Position numbers and translations under genes: made by a program
Assembly: GCA_964451495.1 (NCBI GenBank)
Contig: CAYVHS010000002.1
Coordinates: 5,932-69,931, forward strand
Direction of reading: 5' to 3'
DNA length: 64,000 nucleotides
Origin: an uncultured Bdellovibrionales bacterium
Lineage (GTDB): Bacteria > Patescibacteriota > Minisyncoccia > Moranbacterales > UBA1568
Shown here: piece by piece, positions 61,583 through 64,000 of the stretch
Position numbering within the stretch: position 1 is the stretch's first letter
Layout: each line of letters starts with the position of its first letter
The notes under the pieces: generated by a model
Database searches by the model: none
What the model was told of the DNA's origin: nothing
The model's input: the letters and a program-made list of their open reading frames with translations, nothing else

Positions 61583-62680
61583 TTATTTCTTTAAGCTTTT
61601 GTTTTTAATAAGAACTCGTGCGTAAGTTTCTTTATTATTAATTGTGAATCGTCTACCGTAATTGGGGTTACCTTCTACGTACCTATCAATACCAATAATT
61701 TCAAATTGACTTGGACTATATTTATCCAAAAATGTGATTGGGACTCCCATCACCCCAGGATAATCCATAGGAATATCGCTCACTTTATTAACATTTATTG
61801 CGTTGTATGTATCGTAATTTGGATATTCTTCTTTAGAATATTTTTTATATAACGTAATTTCTTGGTGTCGTTTGGTTGTGTCTAAATTTGTAAACCAAAC
61901 AATTCTGCCCATACTAAAATACTGGATTCCATTTTCAATTTTTTTCCTTGATTCTGTAGGAATATCATAATCATCAGGAACCTGAAACCATTTTGTCCCC
62001 CCATTATCGTAACCGAGCCACAATTTATCTTCCTTTATCAATTTAAAAGTTTCTTTATAGGTTATTGCATTTTGATCACCGAGAATTAAGAATTTTTTAC
62101 CGTATTCAACAAGCTGAGCAACATACTCACGAAATAACGAAAAGGGTGGATTTGTTACAACTATATCAGCTTGCTTTAGTAACTCTATGCTTTCCTCGTT
62201 TCTAAAGTCTCCTTCACCTTTAAGTGGTAGCCATTCGTTGTTTTTGTTAGCCTTGAGCTGTTCAGCTATATCACGCAGATCAAATGCACCGTCACCGTCT
62301 ATATCATCAACCTCGTTGATGATGAATTTGTTAGCCGTTATTTTTGGGCGACCTTTTGGTTCTGCTGACCGTCTCACAACCTTATCTTCATAACCAAGAA
62401 GAAGGGACGGCTGCAATACAAGTTCTGTATTGGCAATAGGAGACGGTTTGTAGCTAGTGGCAATAAGCTTCTTTAATCCAAGTTCTTTAAAGTTGCTAGC
62501 AAAGTATTTAAAAAAGTTGCTTTCAAACGGATCATCGCAATTGCAATACACAACTTTGCCGCGAAACTGACTTTTATAGTGTTTCAGCTCCTTTTCAATA
62601 TCAACAAGCTGAGTATAAAACTCATCTTTTTTTGCTTTGTTGGCTTTGTGTAGATTGCTATTTAATGATTCCTTTCCCAT
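61583..62680 (-). CDS. N6-adenine DNA methyltransferase (EcoRI-methylase-like family)
   Basis: N-terminal KDEFYTQ, catalytic motif IV VVTNPPFS, about 365 aa. The family assignment is from motif memory. Confidence 0.65.
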   Translation of the reverse strand: MGKESLNSNLHKANKAKKDEFYTQLVDIEKELKHYKSQFRGKVVYCNCDDPFESNFFKYFASNFKELGLKKLIATSYKPSPIANTELVLQPSLLLGYEDKVVRRSAEPKGRPKITANKFIINEVDDIDGDGAFDLRDIAEQLKANKNNEWLPLKGEGDFRNEESIELLKQADIVVTNPPFSLFREYVAQLVEYGKKFLILGDQNAITYKETFKLIKEDKLWLGYDNGGTKWFQVPDDYDIPTESRKKIENGIQYFSMGRIVWFTNLDTTKRHQEITLYKKYSKEEYPNYDTYNAINVNKVSDIPMDYPGVMGVPITFLDKYSPSQFEIIGIDRYVEGNPNYGRRFTINNKETYARVLIKNKSLKK

Positions 62681-62846
62681 AATTTTTTCTATTCAAACCA
62701 TCAGTAAGAGCTGAGACAAAATCAACCCAGCTATCCAACCAAAGATCAGTTTCTTCAAGGCTTACTTTACATTTACAAAGCTTTTCAAAATATTGCTGAC
62801 CTCTCTTCAGCAACTCTTCAGAAAACATGTACTTTTGACGCTCCAT
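62658..62846 (-). CDS. small hypothetical ORF (62 aa) overlapping the methyltransferase start by 23 nt
   Basis: ATG is 3 nt after the stop of the upstream HTH-fragment ORF. No family recognised. Confidence 0.25.
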   Translation of the reverse strand: MERQKYMFSEELLKRGQQYFEKLCKCKVSLEETDLWLDSWVDFVSALTDGLNRKNYGKGIIK

Positions 62847-62848
62847 AC

Positions 62849-62968
62849 TTACTTCACAAAGTATTCGATACTTTTACCGTAGAGCTGAGCAAATCTTTTC
62901 ACTTCTAGAATATCTAGTCGATATTCTCCTGATTCAACTCGTGAAATATAAGATTGCGGTCGCTTCAT
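62849..62968 (-). pseudogene. XRE-type helix-turn-helix fragment (helices 2–3 and tail only), probably a truncated regulator
   Basis: …(GLESELRQIDVAEK)MKRPQSYISRVESGEYRLDILEVKRFAQLYGKSIEYFVK*. The in-frame sequence continues upstream into the tRNA terminator to a TAG at 63029..63031, with no upstream ATG other than the one at 62968. Confidence 0.35.
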
Positions 62969-63028
62969 CTTTTCGGCAACATCAATCTGCCTGAGCTCTG
63001 ATTCTAGCCCATACCCCCCTACTATAGA

Positions 63029-63060
63029 CTAAAAATCCCCCAGGTACAATCTGAGGGATT
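63029..63060 (-). terminator. intrinsic terminator of tRNA-Ser (also forms the att-like repeat A)
   Basis: On the minus strand: AAUCCCUCAG-AUUGUAC-CUGGGGGAUU followed by UUUUUAG, beginning 7 nt after the tRNA 3' end. Confidence 0.65.
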
Positions 63061-63067
63061 CAATTTG

Positions 63068-63154
63068 CGGAAAGGGAGAGATTCGAACTCTCGGAGGTTT
63101 TTACGCCTCGGCACGTTAGCAGTGTGCTGGTTTAAGCCGCTCACCCACCTTTCC
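63068..63154 (-). tRNA. tRNA-Ser (anticodon GCU), class II with long variable arm; CCA not encoded
   Basis: Manual fold: acceptor GGAAAGG/CCTTTCC, T-arm GAGAG-TTCGAAT-CTCTC, anticodon loop CUGCUAA, a 3-bp D-stem and a long variable arm. Total 87 nt. Confidence 0.8.
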
Positions 63155-63168
63155 AAATTTTGCTTTAT

Positions 63169-64000
63169 TTAAGCCATTTTATATCTTTTCTCGTGCTTCG
63201 GATTATGAGTTCCAACCACTTGAAAATATTTCTCTACATCTTTTTTGGCTTCAATCCGTATATCCCAACCATTTTTCATTATGCGATGCTTTATACCTAA
63301 AATCAAGAGGGTCCCGCTTGCTGACTTTATAAGCGGGTATGATCGGCTTGTAATGCCGACCTTCTTGTATTGGTATCTTTTCCCATTCGAAAGATACTGA
63401 TGAAGTATAATACAGCCGTCAGTATCAATCAAGCCGCGCAAACAAGCGATAGAATAAGATCTATCTTCTTTCACCCACATTGGGAAATCGACTTGTTGCT
63501 TCACCTTATTCCCCGATTTCATTCCTACAACATTTATCAGATAAGAAACCAGTCCTATCCTAGAAACCACAATCCGTTTAGCTAGAGATCTTTTATCACG
63601 ATAAACACCTACGGGAGCATCAAAAAGCTTTCTAGTTAGTTTTTCGACAAATTTCAAATATTCTTTATCAGTCTCACTGTTAAGTGTCACAGTAAACTGA
63701 CGTTCGCTCATTCCTCCATCGCCAAGCATAATTCCGACAAACTCAGCCAGGTCTTTTGAAAATTTAGGCTTCTTAAACGGAAGCGCTTGAATCATTTTTG
63801 ATGGTTTGAATTTCCCTTCTCTCTCCCACCACTCGTGCCACTTCTTTTTCCGATACTCCGGATCGCCGCCGACACTGCCATATTTCTCGACAGTCGCCCT
63901 ACCACCTGCACGAGCACCTTTCGAGACATACCAATAAGCATCTCTGGTACCGATATCTGTCGGTACAGGAATGTTTCTTTTTTCGCAAATTCGTTCGACA
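63169..64000 (-). CDS. LAGLIDADG homing-endonuclease-domain protein; N-terminus beyond window end
   Basis: Two LAGLIDADG motifs (GIMLGDGGM and LRGLIDTDGCI). The reading frame stays open upstream of the annotated Met through position 64000 (…YGSVGGDPEYRKKKWHEWWEREGKFKPSKMIQ…). Confidence 0.6.
   Translation of the reverse strand, partial: VERICEKRNIPVPTDIGTRDAYWYVSKGARAGGRATVEKYGSVGGDPEYRKKKWHEWWEREGKFKPSKMIQALPFKKPKFSKDLAEFVGIMLGDGGMSERQFTVTLNSETDKEYLKFVEKLTRKLFDAPVGVYRDKRSLAKRIVVSRIGLVSYLINVVGMKSGNKVKQQVDFPMWVKEDRSYSIACLRGLIDTDGCIILHQYLSNGKRYQYKKVGITSRSYPLIKSASGTLLILGIKHRIMKNGWDIRIEAKKDVEKYFQVVGTHNPKHEKRYKMA

Noticed and set aside
63169-64000. Intein interpretation of the LAGLIDADG domain
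   Set aside because: The domain ends …THN followed by Pro and a stop 10 codons later. There is no Cys/Ser/Thr +1 residue and no C-extein, so it is not a protein-splicing element.

Overview
This 64 kb window looks like a compact bacterial chromosome segment. Coding density is high, most genes are on the minus strand, and overlapping start/stop codons are frequent. The gene content and layout (split ribosomal-protein clusters, a large type IV pilus/competence locus) are consistent with a small-genome bacterium, possibly Patescibacteria/CPR, but that is inference only.

Contents, left to right:
- 1..219: the 3' end of a peroxiredoxin gene.
- 269..9035: a 7-gene minus-strand operon. Six genes encode a complex-I / group-4-hydrogenase-like membrane module (NuoB-, NuoL-, NuoH-, HyfE-, NuoM/N- and NuoCD/HycE-like). 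The Fe-S cysteines of the NuoB-like subunit and the [NiFe] cysteines of the large subunit are all replaced, and no NuoI-like ferredoxin subunit is present, so it is Ehr-like. A FAD oxidoreductase follows it.
- 9085..19893: DedA, rplL, rplJ, rpsP, a short hinge-less SMC, rnc, nusB, rpmF and rnhB.
- 20447..26980: dnaE, miaA and gatB.
- 27002..31227: a compact dTTP-synthesis module (NDT-like protein, dut, two P-loop (d)NMP kinases, folA, thyA, dcd).
- 31282..38006: rplA, rplK, nusG, secE, gatA, gatC and ligA.
- 38122..48400: a 12-gene type IV pilus / competence locus (five pilins or pseudopilins, pilD, pilC, pilT, pilB, pilO, pilN, pilM).
- 48819..52082: a ClpC-like AAA+ chaperone and comFC.
- 52171..55789: a run of small membrane and stress proteins (DUF1295, DUF2177, YciB, PsiE, TspO, DUF1801, VOC).
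- 55843..63154: an AT-rich region that looks horizontally acquired, next to tRNA-Ser(GCU). It is bounded by degenerate direct repeats of the tRNA 3' end plus its terminator. It carries DUF1697, a membrane protein, and a tightly overlapping 4-gene defence operon: N6-adenine methyltransferase, DUF262-HNH (GmrSD-like) nuclease, OLD-family ATPase-TOPRIM (GajA-like) and a short UvrD-like helicase (GajB-like).
- 63169..64000: a LAGLIDADG homing-endonuclease-domain ORF that runs off the window edge.

No rRNA genes or CRISPR arrays were seen. Several intrinsic terminators and two families of repeated intergenic palindromes were found.
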